Shown here: piece by piece, positions 26,802 to 36,731 of the stretch
Numbering within the stretch: the first letter of the stretch is position 1
How the letters are laid out: the number at the start of each line of letters is the position of its first letter
NCBI GenBank assembly: GCA_001794125.1
Contig: MGJF01000004.1
Span: 1 to 61,102 of the forward strand
Origin: Candidatus Yanofskybacteria bacterium RIFCSPHIGHO2_01_FULL_43_32
GTDB lineage: Bacteria; Patescibacteriota; Minisyncoccia; 2-02-FULL-40-12; GWA2-44-9
Reading direction: 5' to 3'
DNA: 61,102 bases
Notes under the pieces: model-generated
The model's input: only the letters and a program-made list of their open reading frames with translations
Database searches by the model: none
Told to the model about the DNA's origin: nothing
Made by a program: the position numbers and the translations under genes

Positions 26802-27389
26802 ATGGGCGAAAGAGTTCTTCATTTTTTGTTAATCAATGGTTATGGATGTCATCTGGACACTCCGCTTGGTCGGGTCTATTTGCCAAGGATGCTGAAATTT
26901 ATCAAAGAGAATGTACCTGACTACATAATTTTGCTTGGTGGTTTTACTCAACGTAAGAGTGCACCGGGTGTTTCGGAAGCCAAGCTGATGTTGACTTGGT
27001 TTTTTGACCAAATGTCTACTCCCGATCAAAAACGTTTTCTGATTGAAGAAAATTCCTATACGACCCTGGAGAATAGCAGGAATGGAGCGATTTTGATTCC
27101 TCGGATTCTTGGTTTAACTATGTCTGATGACCATCTTCCAGAAATTAAAATTACTCATGGTTGTGAAGCAACCCGAGCGGCAAATATAATCATGCTCGAC
27201 CGGTACTTTATGGGTGGTTTGGTTAAATCAATCGACGACATCACTGTTGAGACGGCGAGCTGGGAACGAGCTGACCCGTTCAGACAAGTAAAAACCTTGA
27301 TTCACGATAAGTTGGCAATTACATATCCGTGGCTTGGTCTAGCCGAACGAGAGCGCAGAAAGCGCATCCGCCGTTCTGCAGAGATTTAA
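26802..27389 (+). CDS. DUF218/YdcF/ElyC-like protein
   Basis: LLGG...SEAKLM...IEENSYTTLENS motifs. Confidence 0.75.
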   Translation: MGERVLHFLLINGYGCHLDTPLGRVYLPRMLKFIKENVPDYIILLGGFTQRKSAPGVSEAKLMLTWFFDQMSTPDQKRFLIEENSYTTLENSRNGAILIPRILGLTMSDDHLPEIKITHGCEATRAANIIMLDRYFMGGLVKSIDDITVETASWERADPFRQVKTLIHDKLAITYPWLGLAERERRKRIRRSAEI

Positions 27390-27446
27390 TTTTTAGTAAC
27401 ATGCGACCCAAAAATTGGGCCGCTTTTATTTTTAGTAAAAGCCCAA

Positions 27447-27594
27447 TACTTTATTTCAGAAGAGTTTGAATCTTAATTGCCAAATATCAAATATTTACTA
27501 AGCAACCGGCGGAGGGCGTGTGCTTTTTTAAAATTAGTAATATTTTAAAAAAGTGCACCCCGCAGTCATGTATAGAGGTTGTGTGAGCGATTCT
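27447..27594 (-). repeat. element E, copy 4 (inverted)
   Basis: reverse complement nearly identical to copy 1. Confidence 0.85.
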
Positions 27595-27620
27595 TTATTT
27601 TCCGATAAGAATCTCTACCA

Positions 27621-27685
27621 CCCCGGCACCAAGCTAATCCGCTGACCGCCATTAAGAAAAGGGGCGGGCTTGGTGCGGGGCAGGC
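27621..27685. repeat. 63-bp hairpin element, copy 2
   Basis: ccccggcaccaagc...gcttggtgcgggg. Confidence 0.85.
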
Positions 27686-27690
27686 ATCGC

Positions 27691-28662
27691 CTATATTTTT
27701 ATCTCTACAACATCTCCTTCGGTGATGATATAGTCCCGGCCGACGGTGCGGACGAGGCCTTTAGAGCGGGCGGGGACGAGGCCACCGGCTTCAAGAAGTG
27801 TTTTCCAATTTATGACCTCGGCGCGGATAAATAACTTTTCAAAATCGGTGTGGATGGCGCGGGAAGCCTTCGGTATCGCTTCGCCTTCATGGGCGGTCCA
27901 AGCGCGGGTCTCGTCTTCTCCGGTTGTAAGAAAGGTGACCAACCCTAAGGTCTTGTAGCTTTGTTTGATAAGACGGTCCAAGCCGGGTTCTTTCATATTG
28001 AAACCTGCCAGATATTCTTTTTTTTCGTCTTCGGTTGCTTCGGATAAGATCAGTTCAAGCGGAGTAGAAAGAACAACATAGTCCCTTCCGTTCATAGCCT
28101 CCAATAATTTATCGTCCGGCTGCCAGTTGGCAGACATTTGGGATTCTGAAACATTTAAAACAAAAATAACCTTTTTCTCGCTCAATAAATCCAATTCCGG
28201 CAATTCGCCAGCTGGTGAACTTTTTTTCTTGTCTGCCCTTTTTTCTTTTGTTTGAAGGTCGGCAAGATCCAGTTCGGTCTGGATAATTTCTATGTCGCCG
28301 ACGGGGTCGATTTTGTTGTGGACGTGGGTAATATTCTTGTCTTCAAAAACTCTGACAACATGGGCGATGGCGTCAACTTCACGGATATTGGCAAGGAATT
28401 TATTTCCAAGACCTTCGCCTTGCGAGGCGCCTTTCACCAGTCCGGCAATATCATAGAATTCTATGGTCGTATTTATTATCTTTTTTGAATTTGAAAGTTC
28501 GGCCAAAGGCTTCAGGCGTTCATCGGGCACGGCAACAACACCGACATTCGGGTCAATGGTAGTGAAGGGATAATTCTGAATATCAACCTGCTTGTTTGTC
28601 AGAGCTTTAAAGAGCGTGGATTTACCCACATTCGGAAGTCCGACGATGCCTATCGAAAGCAT
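27691..28662 (-). CDS. ychF: Obg-like ATPase YchF (short coiled-coil)
   Basis: [30 protein letters not shown]-terminal TGS domain. Confidence 0.95.
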   Translation of the reverse strand: MLSIGIVGLPNVGKSTLFKALTNKQVDIQNYPFTTIDPNVGVVAVPDERLKPLAELSNSKKIINTTIEFYDIAGLVKGASQGEGLGNKFLANIREVDAIAHVVRVFEDKNITHVHNKIDPVGDIEIIQTELDLADLQTKEKRADKKKSSPAGELPELDLLSEKKVIFVLNVSESQMSANWQPDDKLLEAMNGRDYVVLSTPLELILSEATEDEKKEYLAGFNMKEPGLDRLIKQSYKTLGLVTFLTTGEDETRAWTAHEGEAIPKASRAIHTDFEKLFIRAEVINWKTLLEAGGLVPARSKGLVRTVGRDYIITEGDVVEIKI

Positions 28663-28766
28663 TTTGCCAATTTAGCACTTAAAACAGGTTTTCTCAAGGT
28701 GTTCTCAACTCTCGGTTGCAAGTTTCACAATATGCGTATAATTAAGTATAATAACATAATCGGAAT

Positions 28767-29462
28767 ATGAATTTAGCCAAGAAGGGGACAATTATTTCCA
28801 TAAAACAAATCGCCAAACGGACCGTTGAGGCGGTAATAAAGGTATCTGAAGATTTTAATTTTATTGCGGGGCAGTATATCTGGCTGATGGTTCCAAAATT
28901 AAAATATCCGGACCCGAGGGGCAACACTCGGATGTTCTCCATTGCTTCTTCCCCAAATCTTAAAGGCGAACTGAATATAATTTTTCGGATTAGCGGGAGC
29001 GGCTATAAAAAAACCTTAGTTGAAATGACGCCCGGGGAAGAGATAATCTTTTCCGGCCCTTATGGCCACATGATGCTTCCGGAAGATAATTCACTGCCTA
29101 TTGTGTTTATGGCCGGAGGAGTCGGGATAGCGCCGTTTTTAAGCATGATTAGATTTTCAAATGAAACCTCTTCGGAGCATAAAATTACCCTTATTTATGC
29201 CAACGCCAACCGGGAAGAAGCGGCATATCTAAATGAATTAACCCAAACACAAGGTCAAAACCCAAATTTCAAACTGATTACCGTTTTTGGAAAGTTATCT
29301 ATGGAAACACTGAAAAAAATCACAAAACAACCGTTCAAAGCGATTTGGTCAGTCGTCGGACCGCAAGGTTTTATTGACTTCGCCGGGAAATATTTAAGCG
29401 AAAGGGGCATTCCTTTCAAGGACATTGTCTTTGAACAGTTTTATCCCAACCCAGCCTCCTAA
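28767..29462 (+). CDS. FNR-like FAD/NAD(P)-binding oxidoreductase
   Basis: RMFSIASSP, GPYG, MAGGVGIAPF, VGPQGF, FEQF. Confidence 0.88.
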   Translation: MNLAKKGTIISIKQIAKRTVEAVIKVSEDFNFIAGQYIWLMVPKLKYPDPRGNTRMFSIASSPNLKGELNIIFRISGSGYKKTLVEMTPGEEIIFSGPYGHMMLPEDNSLPIVFMAGGVGIAPFLSMIRFSNETSSEHKITLIYANANREEAAYLNELTQTQGQNPNFKLITVFGKLSMETLKKITKQPFKAIWSVVGPQGFIDFAGKYLSERGIPFKDIVFEQFYPNPAS

Positions 29463-29463
29463 A

Positions 29464-31047
29464 ATGAACATTTTTTTCATTATTCCGGCGGTTATTTCGA
29501 TAGCTGTTTTTTTATGGATTTTAATATCCAGATTTAAGAAGTCGGCTGATCAAGACGTCAAGAAATATCTGCTGGCATTAGAAAGCGCCAGCAATCACAT
29601 AATTATCACCGACGTTAACGGGATGATACTTTACGCGAATAAGGGCGCGGAGAAGATGACGGGCTATAACCTTGAAGAGATGAAAGGCAACACGCCGCGC
29701 TTATGGGGCGGACTTATGCCCGGGGAATTCTATAAAAAACTTTGGCAAACAAAAAAAGATAAATTGCAGGTATTCAGCGGAGAAATAAAAAACAGGCGGA
29801 AAAACCAGGATGAATATTTTGCCCTTATGCGCATATCCCCGATCATTGACCAAAAAGGCAATTTAACGGGATTTGTCTCTACCGAGGAAGATATTACCGA
29901 ACGAAAACAAAAAGAAGAAGAGCTTCGTGTTGAGAAAAACAAGCTTGTTGAGGCTAAAGCAAAAAACGAGGCAATTTTGGCCAGCATGGGCGACGGATTG
30001 TTCGCAGTTGACAGAGAGGGGAGGGTTATTATGATAAATGCCCAAGCGGAAAGACTGCTCGGAGTTCTCAAGAACAATGTTTTGGACAAGTATTATTACG
30101 AAGCGTGGCACATGGAAAACGAAAAAGGCGCGGCGATACCTTTAGAAAAAAGACCCGTTCAAGTCGTTCTCTCGACAGGAAAAAGAACCGAAACAATGAC
30201 ACCCGCCGACTATGTATATGTGCGCAAGGGCGATACAAGACTGGCCGTCGCATTCACGATAACCCCGATACTGGTAGGCGGGGCTGTCAGCGGGGCCGTT
30301 GTTGTTTTTCGGGACGGGACCATGGAAAAAGAAATTGACCGGGCCAAAAGCGAATTCATCTCCATTGTCTCGCATCAGTTAAGAACCCCCGTTTCCGGTT
30401 TAGGCTGGCTGACAGAAGAACTGGAATTTGATTCTAAAAATTTAACTTCTAAGCAAAAGAAATATGTTAAAGATCTGGTCACTCTCTCGAAACGGCTGAT
30501 CGGACTAATTGAGGATTTGGTGAATTTTTCAAAGATTGAGCTTAAGACGCCCGCAATAAGTGAAATAAAAAGTATAGAAATCAACGATTTTATCGGCGAG
30601 TTTGTCAAAGAGATGGAGGCATATGCGGCTTTAAAAAAACATACTATAATATTAAAGAAAGAAGTTTCCGGGCCGCTGATCGTTGAAACAAGCGAAAAAG
30701 CGTTATCCAAGGTCTTACAGAACCTCATATCTAACGCGATAGATTACTCGCCGAAGAATACCCCCGTTATGATTAATGCGGATAAAGCCGACGGTTTTGT
30801 TAAGATATTAATTTCAAGCAAGGGTACGGCCATCTCCAAAGAAGAACAATCTCATCTTTTTGAGAAGTTTTACAGAACGGAAGAAGCTAAAAAAATTAAG
30901 CCGGAAGGCATGGGATTGGGGTTATATATTGCGAAAGTCATAATTGAAGAAGCCGGCGGGAAGGTCGGTTTGGGATCGGCAGATAGCGAGGAAGTCGTAT
31001 TTTGGTTTACTATACCCTTAAAAGAGGCTATGATTAATAAAAATTAA
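29464..31047 (+). CDS. PAS-PAS sensor histidine kinase
   Basis: N-terminal TM, two PAS domains, SHQLRTP H-box, NLISNAIDYS, GMGLGL. Confidence 0.93.
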   Translation: MNIFFIIPAVISIAVFLWILISRFKKSADQDVKKYLLALESASNHIIITDVNGMILYANKGAEKMTGYNLEEMKGNTPRLWGGLMPGEFYKKLWQTKKDKLQVFSGEIKNRRKNQDEYFALMRISPIIDQKGNLTGFVSTEEDITERKQKEEELRVEKNKLVEAKAKNEAILASMGDGLFAVDREGRVIMINAQAERLLGVLKNNVLDKYYYEAWHMENEKGAAIPLEKRPVQVVLSTGKRTETMTPADYVYVRKGDTRLAVAFTITPILVGGAVSGAVVVFRDGTMEKEIDRAKSEFISIVSHQLRTPVSGLGWLTEELEFDSKNLTSKQKKYVKDLVTLSKRLIGLIEDLVNFSKIELKTPAISEIKSIEINDFIGEFVKEMEAYAALKKHTIILKKEVSGPLIVETSEKALSKVLQNLISNAIDYSPKNTPVMINADKADGFVKILISSKGTAISKEEQSHLFEKFYRTEEAKKIKPEGMGLGLYIAKVIIEEAGGKVGLGSADSEEVVFWFTIPLKEAMINKN

Positions 31048-31089
31048 CCAGGCACGATTGCGGCCGGTTCGCAATCTGTCTCTAATGAG

Positions 31090-31494
31090 ATGAAAAAAAT
31101 ATTAATCGTCGAAGATGAGGAGGTTTTGCTGAATGTCCTGAAGGACAGGTTTGAAGCCGACGACTGGGAAGTTTCGGTTGCCCATGACGGCGAAGAAGCC
31201 ATTCAAGCCATAGAAAAAGAGTCTTCAAAATCTAAATTTGATTTGGTTCTGCTCGATTTGCTGATGCCTAAGAAAGACGGATTTTCGGTGTTGAGAGACA
31301 TTAAAAACAACCCGGAACTCAAAAACCTTTCAATTATCGTCTTATCTAATTTAGGCGGAGACGAAGATATCAAAAAGGCTTTGGCATTGGGAGCGAAAGA
31401 TTACTTCGTGAAAACCCAGCACCCGATGAGTGAAATAGTGGAGAAGGCAAAAAAATACAAATCCGGCGGCGCGAGCGCAAAGACCAAGAATTAA
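31090..31494 (+). CDS. single-domain response regulator
   Basis: ILIVEDE, LLDLLMP, LSN, YFVK. Confidence 0.93.
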   Translation: MKKILIVEDEEVLLNVLKDRFEADDWEVSVAHDGEEAIQAIEKESSKSKFDLVLLDLLMPKKDGFSVLRDIKNNPELKNLSIIVLSNLGGDEDIKKALALGAKDYFVKTQHPMSEIVEKAKKYKSGGASAKTKN

Positions 31495-31526
31495 CTCAAA
31501 AGCTTATTTGCTGTATAATACAGGTA

Positions 31527-33620
31527 ATGGCAAATAAGCTTTTAGTTTTGGCTGTAATTCTCTGCCTGCTTTTACCGGCCCTTTCGGCGCTTGCGGCTAC
31601 GTTTACGGATGATACGCAAACCGAATTTGACGCAGGCGTCTACGGCAACACTGTTTGGGATACCAACCACGTAGAATTAAGCCCGGGACAGACTTCCGGC
31701 ACCTTTACTTCGCAGGTATTTGACGGCGGAGCAGTCGCAAACTGGAGCCAAATAAGCTGGTCGGAGACGCTTATAAGTGTTGATAAACTGATTACCGTAG
31801 ATGTTACGGCGGATGTATGGAAGTCGGTTGATAACGCGGCCGCCTGGAGCTTGGTAAAAGACGATTATAACGGTACCGACGGAAACAATGCCATCGATAT
31901 GGTGATTGATGGCAACGAGAATTTATGGATTCTTAATAATCAGGATGTTTGGAAATCAACGGACAAGGGCGCATCATGGACCAAAATAAACGACGATTAT
32001 AACGGAAGCGAGACGCAAAACGGAGCGCAAATTGCGCGCGACGGCGGCAATAATCTTTATATTGCCGAGGCCGACGAGGACATTTGGTATTCGGCTGACG
32101 GCGGCGTAAATTGGACCAAGCAGGCGGTTAATATAAACGGCGGCGTCGGGAACATCGGCGGGTTTGTCGGCGTCGGCTCGTCTTTGTATGCGGCTGACGC
32201 GGCTTCCGATGTTTGGAAATCTACCGATAGCGGCATTAACTGGACCTTGGTGAAGGATGATTATAATGGAACTGACGGAAACGGCGTCAGTCACATGACG
32301 GCCAGCACGACCGGGAATCTTTATATTGTCGATAGTCAAGATGTCTGGAAGTCGACAGACGCCGGCGTATCGTGGACTAAAATAAATAATGATTATAACG
32401 GAGGAGAGACGCAAAACGCAGTCGTCATGACCATAAACAGTTCCGGCCATTTATTTATCGCAGAAACCGATGAAGATGTATGGAGATCCGCTGATGACGG
32501 AGTGAATTGGACCAAACAAGGAGCAAATATTAACGGGGGCAATGGCAATATTGTAGGCATGGCGTATGTTTCTGTTTCCACTGACATTACTTTTGCCGCC
32601 CGCTCCGGAAACGTGAATCCGCCAACCGATAGCTTTTCTGGTTCCTTAACTAATCCTTCCGGCGGAGCTCCCGGTGTTTCAGACGCGCGATATTTTCAGT
32701 ACCAGGCTTCATTTTCTACCGAAGATAGCGGTATAATCCCCGAACTCTCGAGTGTTACTGTTACGTATACGGCAGGCACTCCGACTCCAACATCAAGCGG
32801 AAGCCCAACACCGACTCCCACTCCGACTCCGACACCTGTCGAGACCCCGGTTGTGGAACAGGTATCAAGCGGCGGCGGAGGCAATGATCCGACGAGGATT
32901 GTTTTTTCAGGCAAGGCATTTCCCGGAGCAACTGTGGGTATTTATTTGATGGGCGTTGAATATGGCCAAGTTCTTATAGATACCGAGTTTAAAACTCAAA
33001 GCGACGGTTCTTTTAAAAGTGAGATAGTAAGTCCGGTTGAAGAACAGCGTCTGTATGGCCTGCTTGTTAAAGACAAGGAAGGAAAACCCGCAAAATCCAA
33101 GTTTTTTACGTATAATTTAAAATTCAACACGATTGTCCGGCAAGAAAACATAATCCTTGCTCCAACCATTAAGACAAACAAACCGGTTTTCGTCAGGAAT
33201 GAATTTTTGCTGGTTTCAGGAGATGCGGCGCCGGGCAATACCGTTGAGGCGCTTGCCGACGGAAAGGTTATCGACAGTGCCCGGGCGGATGATTCAGGCT
33301 TTTACGAGATGTTCATTAATACCAACAATCTAATGTTGAAAATTTATAATATTCAGACGCGACAGATTGATTCTGTGAGCGGAAAAACGAGCGATGTGTC
33401 TGAAACGAGGATAATTAAAGTCGGTTCCTTTGCTTTTGCAAACATTGATTTTAATCAGGACGGACAAATTAATATCAGCGACTGGAGTGTTTTCTTGAGC
33501 AATTGGTCTTCCGTCGATTCGAATTTCAGAACCAAGGCTGATCTAAACGGAGACGGCAAGCTTGATGTGTCTGATTTCAGTGTATTCCTCGTGTCTTTTC
33601 AATTAAGCCAAGGGCATTAA
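31527..33620 (+). CDS. secreted BNR/Asp-box beta-propeller protein with Pro/Thr linker and C-terminal dockerin-like domain
   Basis: signal peptide; six W(K/Y/R)SxDxGxxW-type repeats; PTPTPT linker; DFNQDGQINISD / DLNGDGKLDVSD. Confidence 0.85.
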   Translation: MANKLLVLAVILCLLLPALSALAATFTDDTQTEFDAGVYGNTVWDTNHVELSPGQTSGTFTSQVFDGGAVANWSQISWSETLISVDKLITVDVTADVWKSVDNAAAWSLVKDDYNGTDGNNAIDMVIDGNENLWILNNQDVWKSTDKGASWTKINDDYNGSETQNGAQIARDGGNNLYIAEADEDIWYSADGGVNWTKQAVNINGGVGNIGGFVGVGSSLYAADAASDVWKSTDSGINWTLVKDDYNGTDGNGVSHMTASTTGNLYIVDSQDVWKSTDAGVSWTKINNDYNGGETQNAVVMTINSSGHLFIAETDEDVWRSADDGVNWTKQGANINGGNGNIVGMAYVSVSTDITFAARSGNVNPPTDSFSGSLTNPSGGAPGVSDARYFQYQASFSTEDSGIIPELSSVTVTYTAGTPTPTSSGSPTPTPTPTPTPVETPVVEQVSSGGGGNDPTRIVFSGKAFPGATVGIYLMGVEYGQVLIDTEFKTQSDGSFKSEIVSPVEEQRLYGLLVKDKEGKPAKSKFFTYNLKFNTIVRQENIILAPTIKTNKPVFVRNEFLLVSGDAAPGNTVEALADGKVIDSARADDSGFYEMFINTNNLMLKIYNIQTRQIDSVSGKTSDVSETRIIKVGSFAFANIDFNQDGQINISDWSVFLSNWSSVDSNFRTKADLNGDGKLDVSDFSVFLVSFQLSQGH

Positions 33621-35368
33621 TGAGGTATAATTTAAAAATGAGCGGATATTATAAAAAATACTTGGTTATGGGGTCCGGTCTGTTGGCGTATCTTTTTTTG
33701 GCGGGGGTTGTTCATGGCGCCGACTTTAATGCGGTTCCCGCCACAGGCATCTTTGGCATCAAAAATAATATTACGGTAAATATAAAAATAGACACAGGCG
33801 GAGAGAGTGTGAATGCCGCCCAAGCTAAGTTAAAATTTAATCCTGATATTCTGGAAGTTGAATCTGTTTCTAAAGACGGTTCCATTTTCAATTTTTGGCT
33901 CCAGGGACCGGTATTCTCCAATAAAGACGGAACAATAGAATTTATCGGAGGTGCCCCTAACGGAGTTTCGGGCTCTTCTTTGCAAGCGCTCCAAATAAGT
34001 TTTGTTTCCAGGGGAGTGGGTTCGGGCAACCTTACGTTTGCAGATGCTTCCATTACCGCAGCCGATGGAACCGGTACGAATATTCTCGCGAAAGCCAACG
34101 GGGCAAAATTTACCATTTCATCGTCAAGCGCCGTTCCGATAACAGCAACCCCTCCGGTACAAATTATCCGGACACCCGTCAAGGTTTCCGGTATGCCGGC
34201 TGCTCCAGACATAAGCATTCCTTTATATCCCAATCCCGATAATTGGCATGGTTCCACCGCTCAATTTACCGCGTCATGGAAACTCCCGCCGGATATTTCA
34301 GGGGTGAGCACCGCTTTTAATTCAAATCCTTATTTTAAAGCTCCGGCGGTTTCCGAGGGTTTGTTTGAAGCAAAGACGCTTCCTTCGATTACCAAAGACG
34401 GCATATATTATTTCCATGTCAGGTTTCAAAATAATAACGAATGGGGGCCTACCGCTCATTACCGGATCGCGGTTGATAGCCAGCCGCCGGTGCCTTTTAA
34501 GATTAACGTTGGCACAGGCCTGACAAGCGATAATCCTTCACCGAAGCTGGGGTTTGCCGCAACCGACGCTCTTTCGGGCGTGGACCATTATGAAATTTTT
34601 GTAAATTCAGAACGGGCAATGGTAACAAATCAATCAGAATTTCTGCTTCCTCCGCACCCGCCCGGCGAATATATGGTAAGAGTAAGAGCGCTTGATAAGG
34701 CGAATAATGGAGTTGAGGATAAGGTCAAAATTGAAATTTTGCCGATCGAAACCCCGACAATTACTTTTATAACCAAGAAAATACTACTCGGCGCAGACAG
34801 TCTTTTTGACATAAAAGGCGTAGCAATTCCCAACGCAAGCGTTATTGTGACATTTGAAGACAAAAATAAATTTTTAGTGCTTCAGAATGAAAGCAAGACA
34901 AATGCTCAGGGAGAATATGAATTCCAACTCGATAAAGAATTGCGTAAAGGCGATTATCTTGTAAGTGTGAAAGCAAAAGATTCCAGGGGAGCTATGAGCC
35001 TGCCGGCCGGACCGGTGTCTGTAACATACGCAGACAAAGCCGTTATTTCGTTCTTTGGACTGGATATTACCCTGGCCGGACTCACTATTATTTTAGCCGT
35101 TGCCGGTGTTTTAGCGGTTGGCTGGTTTTGGAGAAAAACGCTGTTGCGTTGGGCCAGATTGCAGCGGGAATCGACAATCATCAACAGGGACATCAAGAAC
35201 GCTTTTGATATGATTCGGAAAGACTTGGGCAAAATATCCGAAATAATAAAGAAAGAAAGACCGGCTGAAACAACGGAGACGGAGTTTAATACCGTCAATA
35301 AAAAAATTAAAGACACCTTGGATAAAGTGGAAAAGTATTCGAGCGAAGACATAGAAAGGTTAAGATAG
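33620..35368 (+). CDS. cohesin-like/Ig-like surface protein with C-terminal TM anchor
   Basis: ITVNIKIDT..VNAAQAKLKFNPDILEV cohesin-type strand pattern; TM near the C-terminus. Confidence 0.75.
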   Translation: MRYNLKMSGYYKKYLVMGSGLLAYLFLAGVVHGADFNAVPATGIFGIKNNITVNIKIDTGGESVNAAQAKLKFNPDILEVESVSKDGSIFNFWLQGPVFSNKDGTIEFIGGAPNGVSGSSLQALQISFVSRGVGSGNLTFADASITAADGTGTNILAKANGAKFTISSSSAVPITATPPVQIIRTPVKVSGMPAAPDISIPLYPNPDNWHGSTAQFTASWKLPPDISGVSTAFNSNPYFKAPAVSEGLFEAKTLPSITKDGIYYFHVRFQNNNEWGPTAHYRIAVDSQPPVPFKINVGTGLTSDNPSPKLGFAATDALSGVDHYEIFVNSERAMVTNQSEFLLPPHPPGEYMVRVRALDKANNGVEDKVKIEILPIETPTITFITKKILLGADSLFDIKGVAIPNASVIVTFEDKNKFLVLQNESKTNAQGEYEFQLDKELRKGDYLVSVKAKDSRGAMSLPAGPVSVTYADKAVISFFGLDITLAGLTIILAVAGVLAVGWFWRKTLLRWARLQRESTIINRDIKNAFDMIRKDLGKISEIIKKERPAETTETEFNTVNKKIKDTLDKVEKYSSEDIERLR

Positions 35369-35377
35369 ATTCTCAAT

Positions 35378-36721
35378 GTGAGCAATATTTTCAGGGCATA
35401 TGATGTAAGGGGAATATATCCTCAAGAAATAAATACCGATATCGCAAAGCGGGTGGGAAATGCCGTTGTCAGGTATTTGGAAGCTCATTCGACGGACTTT
35501 GGACAAACCAAGACAATTATTGTGGGCGAAGACGGCAGGATTGGTTCGCCGGAATTAAGACGGGCCGTGATAGAAGGCATTACTTCGGCCGGAACAGGCG
35601 TTGTTTATATCGGCCGATGCACTACGCCTCTTTTTTATTTTGCCGTGAACCGGCTTCATGCGGACGGAGGAATAATGATAACCGCATCCCATAATCCGGC
35701 TCAATATAACGGGTTCAAGTTTGTCGGGTTGGGAAGTGTCCCGATTGCTGCGGATTCGGGTTTATTTGAGATAGAGAAATTATCAGCTGATTACGTGATT
35801 GCCGACAAGTGCGGAGGCGTCAAAGAAGCGAATCCGGTTAACGATTATGTAGACGAGGTTATTAAACGAGCCGGCGGATTCCGCAATAATTTAAAGGTGG
35901 TCATTGACGCTTCCAACGGCATAACATCGGTGACCTCCAAACCATTATTGGACAAGCTGGGTATTTCGTTTATTCCTCTTAATTTTGACATTGACGGGTC
36001 ATTTCCGAATCACTCTCCGGATATTTCAAAAGAAGAAAATCTCCAACAACTGCGAAAGTCCGTATTGGATAATGGAGCCGATCTTGGCCTTGCGTTTGAC
36101 GGAGACGGGGACAGGGTTGTTTTTATAGATAAATCCGGGGCATATGTCAGGCCGGATTACATATTGGCGTTATTGTTCAAGAACAGTTCAAGTTTTTTTA
36201 AAAAACCTAAAGTCGTATATGATTTGAGATTTACCAAATCAGTGAGGGAATATTTCGGCTCTAATGGTTTGAGATCAAAAGTCGGATACACATTCATAAA
36301 AAAAATAATGAGAGAAACAGGAGCAGACCTTGGGGCTGAACTGGCCGGCCATTTTTATTTGAAAGACATGAATTATTCAGAAGCCGCCTCGCTTATAATG
36401 CTGAGGGTTTTAAAGATAATTAACAGGGAAAAGAAGTCGCTTGGCGAATTGGTCAAGCCTTGGCAAAAATATTTTAATTCAGGGGAAATAAACATAGATG
36501 CCGCGAGAGGATCGGAAAAAATATCCGGCCTAAAAGCAAAATACAGTGACGGAAAAACAGACGAGCTCGATGGTTTGACGGTGGAATACGGTAACTGGTG
36601 GTTTAATATCCGCCATTCAAATACCCAACCCATAATCAGGCTGGTTGTTGAAGCCGATACCAAAGAATTAATGGATCAAAAAGTTTCGGAATTGGTTTTA
36701 AAAATAAAAAAAGAACCCTAA
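35378..36721 (+). CDS. phosphomannomutase/phosphoglucomutase
   Basis: FRAYDVRG, ITASHNP, FDGDGDR, RHSNTQP. Confidence 0.95.
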   Translation: MSNIFRAYDVRGIYPQEINTDIAKRVGNAVVRYLEAHSTDFGQTKTIIVGEDGRIGSPELRRAVIEGITSAGTGVVYIGRCTTPLFYFAVNRLHADGGIMITASHNPAQYNGFKFVGLGSVPIAADSGLFEIEKLSADYVIADKCGGVKEANPVNDYVDEVIKRAGGFRNNLKVVIDASNGITSVTSKPLLDKLGISFIPLNFDIDGSFPNHSPDISKEENLQQLRKSVLDNGADLGLAFDGDGDRVVFIDKSGAYVRPDYILALLFKNSSSFFKKPKVVYDLRFTKSVREYFGSNGLRSKVGYTFIKKIMRETGADLGAELAGHFYLKDMNYSEAASLIMLRVLKIINREKKSLGELVKPWQKYFNSGEINIDAARGSEKISGLKAKYSDGKTDELDGLTVEYGNWWFNIRHSNTQPIIRLVVEADTKELMDQKVSELVLKIKKEP

Positions 36722-36731
36722 CGGAGACTTA

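Noticed and set aside
32776-32840. ccgact/PT tandem repeat
   Set aside because: Ordinary Pro/Thr linker between domains
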